Below, piece after piece: positions 10,402-21,334 of a stretch of 64,000 nt of DNA. The stretch spans positions 183,644,001 to 183,708,000 of the forward strand of contig CM126209.1 of the NCBI GenBank assembly GCA_052327205.1, given 5' to 3'. The first letter of the stretch is position 1. Each line of letters starts with the position of its first letter. A program made the translations under genes and the position numbers. The notes beneath the pieces were generated by a model. The model saw nothing but the letters and a program-made list of their open reading frames with translations, had not been told where the DNA came from and did not search any database. Origin of the DNA: Somniosus microcephalus. Lineage: Eukaryota.

Positions 10402-10763
10402 TGTGGCGAAGCCACCAAAGGACTCAGATCATTTGTAAATAATTCCTTTAACAACATGTTAGCTACAGTCTGTGTCTGTATCTTTATTTATGCTGTTTAA
10501 CTGTACAGAGTGTGGTTGCTTTAACAGTGCGGCTAAAACGTGATGACGTCACACCGTTCATCACGTGATCCCCCACTGGCGGGAAAATGTGATGACGTCA
10601 TGACGTCAGCCACAGGACTGCAGGAGCAGTCCTCGTGGAGCCTCCAGAGAGAGCAGACCTACATTCGATGTTATCCTGCAGTTTCTTGTTAAAGCCTGTT
10701 TGCTTCATTAAAGTTCGTTTTGTTTGATCGCCTGAGTAGAACTCAATCTTTTAGTTAGGAACA
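10402..10763 (+). repeat. Putative 3' LTR of the Gypsy element
   Basis: Begins TGTGG just after the purine tract; ATTAAA poly(A)-signal-like motif ~10707; 3' boundary (CA at ~10763) uncertain because the 5' LTR is outside the window. Confidence 0.55.
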
Positions 10764-10784
10764 GCCCAAACAATTTCAAGGTAA

Positions 10785-11570
10785 ATAGAAACATAGAAGA
10801 TAGGAGCAGGAGTAGGCCATTCGGCCCCTCGAGCCTGTTCCGCCATTTAATGAGATCATGGCTGATCATCCAAATTCAGTACCCTGTACCTGCTTTCTCC
10901 CCATATCCCTTGATCCCTTTAGCCTTAAGAAATATATATAACTCCTTCTTGAATAGATTTAATGAATTGGCCTCAACTGCCTTCTGTGGTAGAGAATTCC
11001 ACAGGTTCACCACTCTCTGGGTGAAGAGATTCCTCCTCATCTCAGTCCTAAATGGTTTACCCTTTATCCTTAGACTGTGACCCCAGGTTCTGGACTCCCC
11101 CACCATCGGGAACATCCTTCCTGCACTTAGTCTGTCTAGTCCTGTTAGAATTTTATAAGTTTCAATGAGATCCCCTCTCATTCTTCTAAACTCCAGCGAA
11201 TATAAGCCTAATCGACCCAATCTCTCCTCATATGTCATTCCTGCCATCCCAGGTATCAGTCTGGTGAATCTTCGCTGCACTCTCTCCATGGCAAGAACAT
11301 CCTTCCTCAGATAAGGTGACCAAAACTGCACACAATACTCAAGGTGTGGTCTCAACAAGGCCCTGTACAACTGCAGCAAGACATCCTTGCTCCTATACTC
11401 GAATCCTCTCGCTATGAAGGCCAACATACCATTTGCCTTCTTAACTGCCTGCTGCACCTGCATGCTTACCCTCAGCGACTGGTGCACAAGGACACCCAGG
11501 TCTCGTTGCACTTCCCCTTTTGCCAATCTATTGCCGTTCAGATAATAATCTGCCTTCCTGTTTTTGACAC
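10785..11570 (-). mobile_element. 5'-truncated CR1 LINE (second family; related to 23521-27851)
   Basis: ORF 10876..11526 is the CR1 ORF2 C-terminus; 3' UTR stem-loop and TAGAAACA-type tail at ~10785-10870. Confidence 0.9.
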
Positions 11571-11789
11571 CGGGCCTTAGGCCTTTTAAAGATCCTTGTT
11601 GTAACTTTCTTTTTGTTTCCAGCTGGCACCTAGGCTTTCATGAGCCTTTGTGCCAGGTGCAATTAAGTAGTTATATTGCCCTGAGCTTCCTTTATTGGCA
11701 CCAGAGGGTTTGCCATCAGGAATCCTTTGAACTGACATGTTCAGGTAAAAAGGGAACTAGCAGAAGGATGCCAGTCAGTTCAGGCTGCC

Positions 11790-11970
11790 CACCATGGCCT
11801 CACCCCTCCCTATCTCTGTAACCTCCTCCAGACCGACAACCCCGCCCACACACCCCCTGCCCCCCACCCCGCTGAGATATCTGTGCTCCTCCAATTCTGG
11901 CCTCTTGCACATCCCTGATTTTAATCACTCCATCATTAGTGGTCATGCCTTCAGCTGCCGAGGCCATAAA
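11790..11970 (+). mobile_element. Old L2-like LINE 3' fragment
   Basis: CCCTATCTCTGTAACCTCCTCCAG...TCCTCCAATTCTGGCCTCTTG...GCCTTCAGCTGCC resembles the L2 ORF2 C-terminal region. Confidence 0.5.
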
Positions 11971-13342
11971 CAAATGATGGAGCGTGCACCCCCTCGACGC
12001 TCTGCCCATTTGAGCGGCCTAACCAGCACTCAAAAAATGCACGAACTTGTGCTTCTCCGTGAATCAAAAAAAAACTCCTGCATGCTGCCAGCTCGTGCAA
12101 GGCCCCCTCTGAGATGGCCTCCTCCCCCACTCGGGCTCCAACTTGGCAGGCTCTGCGGAGAAGCCAGCCGATTACCGGCCCTCACTGATCAGCGAGCTGC
12201 CTTGGACTGCCAGCTTGAACCCGCAGCGCACCTTCAACCTGTGAATGAGGCCTGGCCTCAAAATGGCTCGGGCCTCACGGCGATCACAATGGACAGGCAT
12301 TGCGAGCACTCCACCTACTTACTGCCCGTTGTGTGACTAAAATTAAAATCAGCCCCATTAGGCAAATAAAGTTGGACACAAACATTTGTGTGCTGTTAGC
12401 ACTTGGGATTCTGGCCAATCTTAAACTGTGCAAAGTAAATCGAACCGTTTTAGACCTGAAGATGAAAATCAGCCCTAATATGTTCTTGGTAATCCATTAA
12501 CCCCCCAAAAATACAATGGCTCAGCAGTTGCTATTGCTGCCATATATTTTCACGTCACTGTCCTCTCTCTTATCCTTTCCCTGATATTCAGTCACCCATG
12601 CTACTAATAGTCCACCTGCCAAATATGGACAAAATAAAGGAGAAAATGATTCAATGCACATTATAATGAATAAGAAAGAGTGAGGAGTGAGTTTTGGCAT
12701 TCTGCTCATCATAAACCGCTTGAGATTCGCCCTTATAGTTTATGATATCATGAGAACTACTCGACTTGAATTATTGATTTGTAACTTACTGCCAACTATT
12801 TATTATCCAATATGTTTTCTTCAGGAGCTGGCATTTCATATTATTTGTGTCCACACACTATGTAATGAAATATGTCTTGTATTAAGCAAAGCCTCCCCTT
12901 TCTCTGTAACCTTAAGTAAAATATTAGTCAACTCAAAAATCCCCAATATTTGGTTGATGTTAATGCAGATCATTTGTTGGGGACCTGTCAGCCTCTGTCA
13001 TTCAAAGCAGTACGTATTGTTAAAATACAATTACTGTTGGGGGAGTATCAGTCCTCCAGAACAGGCAGAAATTGTTTACAGGGAGGATTGAAGAGATCTT
13101 TTTAATACTTTAGGTAGCACTCAGTAACAAAGAGAAGGGAAACTGAAAATATTTTGACAAATTGTTATGTAAGAAACGATTCAACTATGTTTTTACTTGT
13201 TTACTGCATTCGCTTTGGAAATAGCATTGTCAGAAAGAATCTATGGGGAATAAGGCTAATTGATTTTATATAAAAATTGCAGCAAGAGTGAAGAAATCAT
13301 CCAGACAGTGAGTGGAGAACTGTCCAGGTAGATTCAGGATTG

Positions 13343-13799
13343 TCAGCTGTGGCTCAGTTGGTAGCACTCTCACCTCTGAGTTAGAAGGTTGTGGGTTCAG
13401 AGTCCCACTCCAGAGACTTGAGGACAAAAATCTAGGCTGACACTCAAGTGCAGTACTGAGGGAGTGCTGCACTGTCGGAGGTGCCATCTTTCGGATGAGA
13501 CATTAAACCGAGGCCCCATCTGCTTTCAGGTGGATGTAAAAGATCCCATGGCACTATTTCGAAGAAGAGCAGGGGAGTTATCCCCGGTGTCCTGGCCAAT
13601 ATTATGGCCCTCAATCAACATCACTAAAACAGATTATCTGGTCATTATCACATTGCTGTTTGTGGGAGCTTGCTGTGAGCAAATTGGCTGCCACATTTCC
13701 TACATTACCGCAGAGACTACACTTAAAAAAAAAGTACTTCATTGGCTGTAAAGTGCTTTGGGATGTCTGGTGGCCATGAAAGGTGCTATATAAATGCAA
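13343..13799 (+). mobile_element. tRNA-headed DeuSINE (SacSINE1-like)
   Basis: A box TGGCTCAGTTGG, B-box-like GGGTTCAGAGTCCC; central GGTGCCATCTTTCGGATGAGACATTAAACCGAGG; L2-type tail GCTATATAAATGCAA. Confidence 0.75.
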
Positions 13800-14072
13800 A
13801 AAATTTTTTTATTGTTGACTTATTTTGAGATATCAATCTGCACACTGTATTGGGAATCATTGGCCCCGATAATAACTTCGAGCCGTGTTCGGAGGGATGC
13901 GATGTCGGGTGGGAAACCCGGAAGAACTTTCAGAGCATCTGTCTGTGGTAGTTAACACAGCCACCTAATTAGAATATTACTTACGGGTTTAGTGTCGAAT
14001 GCGCGGCAGCAGGCCTGGTGTGAACTCACATGATGCAATCTCACCACAAGTATTTATAGAACCAATCCAAAG

Positions 14073-15319
14073 GTGGAATTTGGTAGAGTTAGGAGTTTGC
14101 GCATAGAGAGGGAGAAGTTTCATCATGGATTCAGTGAGATACTTTTCCCCAGCAACGGGAGAAGGAAACCTACTGCTGCTGCAATGAAGAAAGCATGGGT
14201 GGAGGTGGCTGAGGAGGTCAGCTGCAGGAACGTTGTGCCAGGCTCCTGGATTCAGTGGAGGAAGCATTTTAACAACCTAACTAGGTCAGGAAAGGTGAGT
14301 ACATTTGCACATTCACCTACATCCTATTGAGCACATCACCCCCCCTCACTCTGCCTTGTCAAGCCTAGTCTATCCTATCACTCTTCACACCCACTTACCT
14401 TGCAAGCGCACCCATCATTCTCTTTCTATGCACTTCCTCACATCCCACCTATCCATCCAGTACTCCCACTCACCCTGACCCTTGGGCAATTTGATGCCTG
14501 TCCTGATAGTCACCCTCACCAAATGCACTGCATCCACCGGGTGAATATGTACCATTACTGTCACTATGGGTCTGTTCTTTCACCCTATGCAGGAGAAGAG
14601 AGCACAGAACATGAGGGAGAGGGAGAGGACCGGAGGTGGTCCTCCACAGATTTGCCAATTGACAACTGCAGCGGAGGAAGCACTGGAGATCAGTGGAGTT
14701 TCGGCATCCCTGGCCATCAGAGATGGAGAGATTGGGAACTTGCAGCTACCTGGCGACACAATTAAATATCAGCGACCCACATTTCATACAACACTCAGTC
14801 ATGTTGACTTGATTTCAGCAGTGAGTGAATCACAACAGCAATCTTTGGAGCTCTTGGTTGATGAAACCTCAGAGGAGCTGATTCCTTCTAAGGGTGCACC
14901 ATCACAGGACATACAGCCATGCATCAGCGCAGATACCCGCACTTCGGTGGGACTATGTAGACAGATAGTTGGTTTTTCACCTGGTGAGTCACATTTCGCA
15001 AGTGAGGAAGAGGACATGATAGTAGCAGGGACAGCAGTGGAGAGTCCGTGTTGGAAGGCGCAGCCCTCTCCAAGCTCTGCTCAGCTGGACACTGATGCTG
15101 TACCCCGGGGGCCATCGATGAAAAGGCAATCCTTGAGGGGCAGCAGAAAATCTGCCACGTACTGGCAAGCCTTCCATGCACACTGTCCATGATTGCAGAG
15201 AGAATAGAGGGGTCCACCTCAGGCATGGATAGAGTGGCCAACTCTGCAGAACATCAATCATGGCAATCAAATGAATCCATGCACGCCTTGACCATGGCCA
15301 TGCAGATTCTGGATGCCAA
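14073..15319 (+). pseudogene. Harbinger Myb/SANT-like partner gene remnant (spliced)
   Basis: LFPSNGRRKP...KKAWVEVAEEVS...QWRKHFNNLTRSGK then GTGAGT donor at ~14296; exon 2 after TATGCAG at ~14593 (EKRAQNMRERERTGGGPP). Confidence 0.7.
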
Positions 15320-15525
15320 TGTAGTAACCTGGGAGGTTATGAGTAACCTGATCCACCAGGTGGTGCTGTGGCAATTGGTCTCCTGAGTTAAGTCTGGTCT
15401 GTACTGGTTGTACTCTTTGTTTTTGCTGCCTCATGGCAGAAGCTTTTATGTGCAAGTGTTGATTAAACGATGTTACAGAGTTAACCTGTGTCCATCTCCA
15501 TCTATGGCCACCTCAAGATACCACA
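15320..15525 (+). repeat. 5' LTR
   Basis: TGTAGTAACC...GATACCACA, direct repeat of 19844-20048. Confidence 0.95.
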
Positions 15526-15527
15526 TA

Positions 15528-15540
15528 TGGCGACGAGAAT
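15528..15540 (+). promoter_or_regulatory. Primer-binding site, probably tRNA-Ser(GCU)
   Basis: TGGCGACGAGAAT two nt after the LTR; complementary to ...CUCGUCG-CCA; tRNA assignment is from memory. Confidence 0.65.
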
Positions 15541-15676
15541 AAAGGACGGAAAAGTTTTGGTGTATTCGGAAGAGGTGCTCGGATTGGTTAGCAAACTAGT
15601 CGGAAAAGCACGAGGCTAGGCCGCGGGAGTCGAAACGGAGTTTGATTTTTTTGGCTGCAGTGACCGGACTCCAAGG

Positions 15677-16504
15677 ATGGCAGGAACGGTAGGCTCCGTG
15701 GCACCTTTTGACAGCAAGTCGCAGTCTTGGGAGGAGTATTGTGAAATACTGAGCCATTTCTTTATGGCAAACGAGGTGGACAGTGCTGAAAAGAAAAGGG
15801 CCATTTTACTGAGTTGTGTGGGAGCGCAAACCTATACACGGATGAGGAATCTGCTGAGCCCGGAGCGGCCAGGAGAAAAATCTTTTGACGAGTTGGTGAG
15901 TCTAATAAAGAATCATTTCAATCCGAAACCTAGTGAAATAGTACAGAGATGGAAATTCAATTCGAGGGTTAGGAGGCCGGAAGAAAGCGTTACTGAGTAT
16001 GTGGAGGAGCTTCGGAAGCTCGCACAGGACTGTAATTTTGGAAATGCGCTCACAGTCATGTTAAGGGACAGACTAGTATGCGGAGTTAACGACGACAGTA
16101 TACAGCAAAGGTTGCTGTCAGAAGAAGGATTAACATTTGAGACGACACTTAAAAAAGCACAAGCCATGGAGACGGCTAACAAGGACATTAAGGACTTAAA
16201 CAGTATGAGCAAGGAGAAATGGAGTAAACCAGTGGGAGGAGCTGTTTTCAAGATGGAAGCTGGCGCAAAAAGTCCACCAGTCGGGGTTGGGGATTGCTAC
16301 CGATGTGGCGGGACAAGCCATTATGCAAAGGACTGCAGGTTTGCAAAGACAAAGTGCCACAATTGTGGAAAAATAGGGAACTTAAAGAAAGTCTGTAAAA
16401 GGGCAGTGAGTGAGAGAAGCAGTGCTAAAGGGCAAAGCATGCTAAAGGGGGAGGGAGAAGTATACAAAGCGGGCAAATTACATACAAGAGGAGGAAGAGT
16501 CTAG
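15677..16504 (+). CDS. Gypsy gag with CCHC zinc knuckle(s); frameshift separates it from pol
   Basis: LRDRLVCG capsid motif; CYRCGGTSHYAKDC and degenerate CHNCGKIGNLKKVC. Confidence 0.88.
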   Translation: MAGTVGSVAPFDSKSQSWEEYCEILSHFFMANEVDSAEKKRAILLSCVGAQTYTRMRNLLSPERPGEKSFDELVSLIKNHFNPKPSEIVQRWKFNSRVRRPEESVTEYVEELRKLAQDCNFGNALTVMLRDRLVCGVNDDSIQQRLLSEEGLTFETTLKKAQAMETANKDIKDLNSMSKEKWSKPVGGAVFKMEAGAKSPPVGVGDCYRCGGTSHYAKDCRFAKTKCHNCGKIGNLKKVCKRAVSERSSAKGQSMLKGEGEVYKAGKLHTRGGRV

Positions 16505-16580
16505 TGAGTCTAGTGAGGAGGTTTTCACTATATACAGTATAGACACTTCAAAGCCCAACGTACCCCCTCTCACTCAGTAT

Positions 16581-19500
16581 TTGACAGTGAACAGAGGTCA
16601 AGTGAAGTTTGAGATTGACACCGGATGTAGTGTAACCATAATGTCGCAGACTGAGTACGCCAAGCTATGGGGGGAAGCAAAAGTACCAGAGCGAGGTACA
16701 TGCCCCATTAGTCTCAAAACCTACACAGGACAGAAGGTGGACATTTTGGGGGTCGCCAAAGTACAAGTGGAACACAAAGGAGTCACCAAAGAGCTTACGG
16801 TGGTAGTGGTAGCAGGGTCAGGGCCAAACCTGTTAGGGCGAGGGTGGATCAGTGAGTTGAGTGTGGACTGGCAGGCAATGAATAAAATGGAGGACAGTAC
16901 AGAGGCACTGCAAGAAGTGCTGATGAAGCATGAGTTAGTGTTCAAGGACGAACTGGGCACCTTAAGGGGAGCCACAGCCAAGATTCATGTAGCCAGTGAT
17001 GCCACGCCTCATTTCTTTAAACCAAGGTCGGTACCTTTTGCAATGAAAACCAAGGTTGAGGCGGAACTAGATCACCTGCTAAAGGACAAAGTAATAGAAC
17101 CAGTGAAATTTTCAGACTGGGCGGCACCAATAGTCCCGGTATTGAAGCCCGACGGTAATGTAAGGGTGTGTGGTGACTATAAGTTAACAGTGAACAGAGT
17201 ATCATCACTGGAACAGTACCCCATTCTGAGAATGGAGGAGATTTTAACATCGCTCACTGGGGGAGAAAGATTCAGCAAACTGGACATGAGTCATGCGTAT
17301 CAGCAGATATTGCTAGATGAAGAATCAAAAAAGTTTGTCACGGTGAACACGCACAAGGGGCTGTTCACGTATGCCAGGTTACCATTTGGTGTCAGTTCTA
17401 GCCCAGCAATGTTCCAATGGACTATGAAGGGCGTTCTGCAGGGCATTCCAAAGGTGGCCGTGTACTTAGATGATATTCTGCTAACAGGAAGTGACAATCA
17501 GGATCACGTAAAGACACTGGACAAAGTGCTACAGCGGCTGGAAGAGGCGGGGCTATGCCTGAAACGGAGTAAGTGTAGTTTCATGGAGAAGGAAGTTACA
17601 TTCCTGGGACATCGGGTGGATGCCACAGGCCTCCATCCATTACCAGGGAAAGTGCGGGCAGTGCAGGATGCACCTGCACCCACCTCAGTGACTGAACTGA
17701 AAGCTTATCTAGGGCTCCTGAATTATTATAACCGGTTTCTTCCAAACTTATCGATGCTGCTGGCACCCCTGCACAAACTGCTGAGAAAGGAGGAGCCATG
17801 GCGTTGGGGGCCAGAGCAAGCGAAAGCGTTTCAGCAGTCAAAGGAGCTACTTCAGTCCAGCAGGGTGTTAGTGCATTACGACGAGAAGAAGGAGCTGATA
17901 ATGTCCTGCGACGCATCACCCTATGGAGTGGGGGCAGTGTTGGCCCACCGCATGCCAGATGGAGCGGAAAGGCCCATTGGGTTTTCTTCACGCACGCTCA
18001 CAGCTGCGGAAAAGAACTCTCGGGAGCCGCAAGCCTACATTTCGTTGTACTGCACTTGTGCACTAACAATGACAATAAAAGTTGATTTGATTTGATTGAT
18101 TTGATTTGATAAAGAGGGGTTAGCCATTATATTTGGAGTAAAGAAATTCCATAAGTACATATATGGGAGGAAGTTTGTAATCAGTACTGACCACAAGCCT
18201 CTTATTAGCTTACTGAATGTGATGAAAGCAGTGCCTCAAGTGGCATCACAGAGAATAATGAGATGGGCAGTAATACTAAGAGCCTATGAATATGTGATCA
18301 AGTATAGAGCCGGCAAGGAAAACGGGAACGCTGATGCTCTCAGCCGCCTGCCCCTCTCAAAATCTCCTTGCAGTACTTCCCCTGAGGAGCACGTCCTGAT
18401 GCTGGATCAGGAGATCAGTCCTCTGATGAATTCAGTGCAAATCCAGGGCTGGGCAGCCAAGGACCCCGTTCTGTCAAGGGTCCGTGAGTATGTGTTGAAA
18501 GGCTGGCCAGATCACCGTGAGGGACCGGAGTTTGCGCCGTACAGACAGAGACAGCATGAGCTCAGTGTCCAAGATGGATGTGTGCTATGGGTAGCACGCA
18601 TCATAGTCTCAGAGCGGGGGCGCTCAACTTTGATGGAACAGTTGCATCAATCGCACCCAGGAATGACTAGAATGAAAGGACTGGCTAGGAGCTAATTTGG
18701 ATGCTGAAATTGAGTCAATGGTAAAGTCATGCACTATATGTCAGGAACAAAGGAAAGCATCTGCTGGGGCACCACTCCATCCCTGGGAGTGGCCCAGCAA
18801 ACTCTGGAGGAGAATTCACATAGACTATGCGGGACCTTTTATGGGCAAAATGTTTTTGGTGCTGGTATACGCTCACTCAAAGTGGATTGACGTTTATCCA
18901 GTGAGCTCTGCAACGACTGATGCCACACTGGATTGTCTTAGGAACAGCTTCAGCACGCATGGTATTCCAGAAATGATTGTATCCGACAATGCACAGTGTT
19001 TTGTTAGTGAAGGGAGCAAAGAATTCATGGTAAGGAATGGAATCACACATGTCACCTCGGCTCCATATCACCCAGCCTCAAATGGGTTAGCCGAGCGAGC
19101 TGTGCAGACTTTTAAGGAAGAGCTCAGGTGACACCCTGGAGACCAAGCTCAATAGAGCCTTGTTTAGTTATCGTATAACACCCCAAGCTACCACGGGGCT
19201 TTCTCCGGCTGAGTTGATGATGGGGAGAAAGTTGCGGTGCACGTTAGCCCTGATACACCCAGATCTCAAAAGCAAGGTTGAGACAAAACAAACAAACCAA
19301 AAAGCGTATCATGACAAACATACTAAAGCTCACCATTTCGCCATAGGAGACTCTGTGTACACCCGGAACTTCGGCTATGGACCTAAATGGATACCAGGAC
19401 TAATCCAGGACATTACAGGACCTGTGTCATACTCCGTGCTACTAGGGGATGGTCGAGGGGTTCGTCGGCATGTGGATCAGCTTTTCAGCCGGCAGCAGGG

Positions 19501-19735
19501 GGAACTGCCTCAGGTGGAACAAAGGGCAGTAGAGGAGGCTGTTCCAGGACCCAGCACGGCTTATAAGGTGCCAGTGGACACTGGTACTGCCAGGCCACAG
19601 CGGGACAGAGTAAAACCAACATCAGAGACTACTCCAATCTCAAGTGCGAGTGAATCTGAGAATCCACCACAAGTGGAATTAAGACGTTCACAAAGGATTC
19701 GCAAGCAACCAGAAAGACTTATACAAACCTGTTAA
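16581..19735 (+). pseudogene. Gypsy pol (protease, RT, RNase H, integrase), broken into several ORFs
   Basis: IDTG protease, YLDD, CDASPYG, IHIDYAGP, VSDN, YHPASNGLAERAVQTFK; insertion at ~18020 and small deletions at ~18695 and ~19125. Confidence 0.92.
18020..18106 (+). mobile_element. ~85-bp LINE/SINE 3'-end fragment inserted in Gypsy RNase H
   Basis: Interrupts AEKN...DKEGLAIIFG; ends ATGACAATAAAAG followed by (TTTGA)n microsatellite tail. Confidence 0.65.
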
Positions 19736-19843
19736 ATTAGTCAGGGGTTAACCATGGTTAGAGCATACTGGTTAATTAAAATGTAGTACCTAGTAAGGGT
19801 TATTGTTTAAGAATTGCATACGGCAATCTTAAGGGGGGAGGAG

Positions 19844-20048
19844 TGTAGTAACCTGGGAGGTTATGAGTAACCTGATCCACCAGGTGGTGCTGTGGCAATT
19901 GGTCTCTGAGTTAAGTCTGGTCTGTACTGGTTGTACTCTTTGTTTTTGCTGCCTCATGGCAGAAGCTTTTATGTGCAAGTGTTGATTAAACCATGTTAAG
20001 GAGTTAACCTGTGTCCGTCTCCATCTATGGCCACCTCAAGATACCACA
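19844..20048 (+). repeat. 3' LTR
   Basis: Follows PPT; near-identical to 15320-15525. Confidence 0.95.
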
Positions 20049-20734
20049 GCACCTGAAATAGGATGACAGCAAGTCATTGATCTGCATCAAGCTGCTCTCC
20101 AGCAGAATGGTAGCAGTAAGATGGATGATGGCAAAACGGAATATGGAACTGGGAACTCCACTCAAAGTGCTTCCACTTATCACCCATTGCCCACACCCCA
20201 CACCCCCTCAGTCAGTAGCCCACAGACTGCCTTGTCGCCCGATGGCCAAGTCTGCCCCTGCACAAGTTCAGGAGGAGCAGTCTTTGGTGGTGCCCTCACG
20301 GGTTCCAACACACAGAGGTCTTCAGCTAGGAGCATCTCAGCAATCAGAGCAGGGATCTGTGCAGCCTGCCTCTACCTCTGCTCAAGCCACAGGGGTTGCA
20401 CCATGTAGAAGTGGTAGGAAAAGGAAGAGGAAAGCTTTGTTATATGCACATGTGTGTATGATAAAATGTTATGTTAAGATTCTGTTGTTCAGTAGAATCA
20501 CATAAAATGTATTACTTGCTTCTATTTTTGGTTGCTGGGAGGCAACTTGCCTTTTAAATTGGTTGCTGATGAATGGGAAGACATGAATTGACAGGGACCA
20601 ATAGGGAAAGTGCAATGGGTGGATGATTGGTTATACAACTGCTTTGTGTCAGTGGGATTGGGAGGCGGGGGTGGGTGGCAGTGGTGATTGGCCATTGGGT
20701 GTGATTGTTACATCAATACAGTGGTAGTAATTTG

Positions 20735-21040
20735 AATCATAGAATGGTTACAGCACAGAAGGAGATCATTCAGCCTGTCAAGCCTATGCTGGGCAAGAGC
20801 ACTTCAGCTGGTCCCACTCCCCCACCCTTTCCCCGTAGCCCTGCAATTTATCTTCCTTCAGGTACTTATCCAACTCCCTTTTGAAAGCCATGATTGAATC
20901 TGCCTCCACCACCCTTTCAGGCAGTGCATTCCAGATCATAACCACCGCTGTGTAAAAAAGTTTTTCCTCATGTTGCCTTTGGTTCTTCTGCCTAACACCT
21001 TAAATCTGAGTCCTCTGGTTCTCGACCCTTCTGCCAACTT
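20735..21040 (-). mobile_element. Short old CR1 3' fragment
   Basis: AATCATAGAA tail, GGAGATCATTCAGCC 3' UTR, antisense of ORF2 C-terminus. Confidence 0.7.
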
Positions 21041-21334
21041 TACAGCGATAAGGGAATCCCTGGCCTCCTGGGCAGCAATGTGAGCGGCTGATGCTGTGTT
21101 GAGGTCGCCATCTTTCTATCTTCCTCAGATCTGTCCGCAGACGATGTGTGCTCAGAGCCTTGTTCCTCCTGCAGCTCCAATCTTCCCTGCTGTGCAATGT
21201 GACTGGGAGATCCTGGATATGTCTCAAGTAATGCTCTGGAAGGATCCGGAGGCACTTTGCTGGTGGTGGTCACTTTCACAGCCACGGGTAATGCTTGGGC
21301 ACCAGGTCCAGCCGGGAGCAGGTCTTCCTTTTTT

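Larger units (their letters stand above)
1..10763 (+). mobile_element. Ty3/Gypsy LTR retrotransposon (3' part; 5' end outside window), interrupted at 1496/9504 by a CR1 LINE
   Basis: RT-RNaseH-integrase ORF 15..1499 stops at ...RWPEAIPLVATTS and resumes at 9504 as ADVARAFTSCWVARFGVPADISSDRGPQF; G-rich PPT-like tract ~10391-10397 followed by TG-starting LTR at 10402. Confidence 0.9.
15320..20048 (+). mobile_element. Two-LTR Ty3/Gypsy retrotransposon (gag-pro-RT-RH-IN), inactivated
   Basis: LTRs 15320-15525 and 19844-20048 (TG...CA, about 5 differences); PBS TGGCGACGAG at 15528; PPT AAGGGGGGAGGAG 19831-19843. Confidence 0.95.

Noticed and set aside
13343-13420. tRNA genes here and at 62385-62456
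   Set aside because: A/B boxes run directly into SINE bodies and LINE-derived tails; no complete cloverleaf
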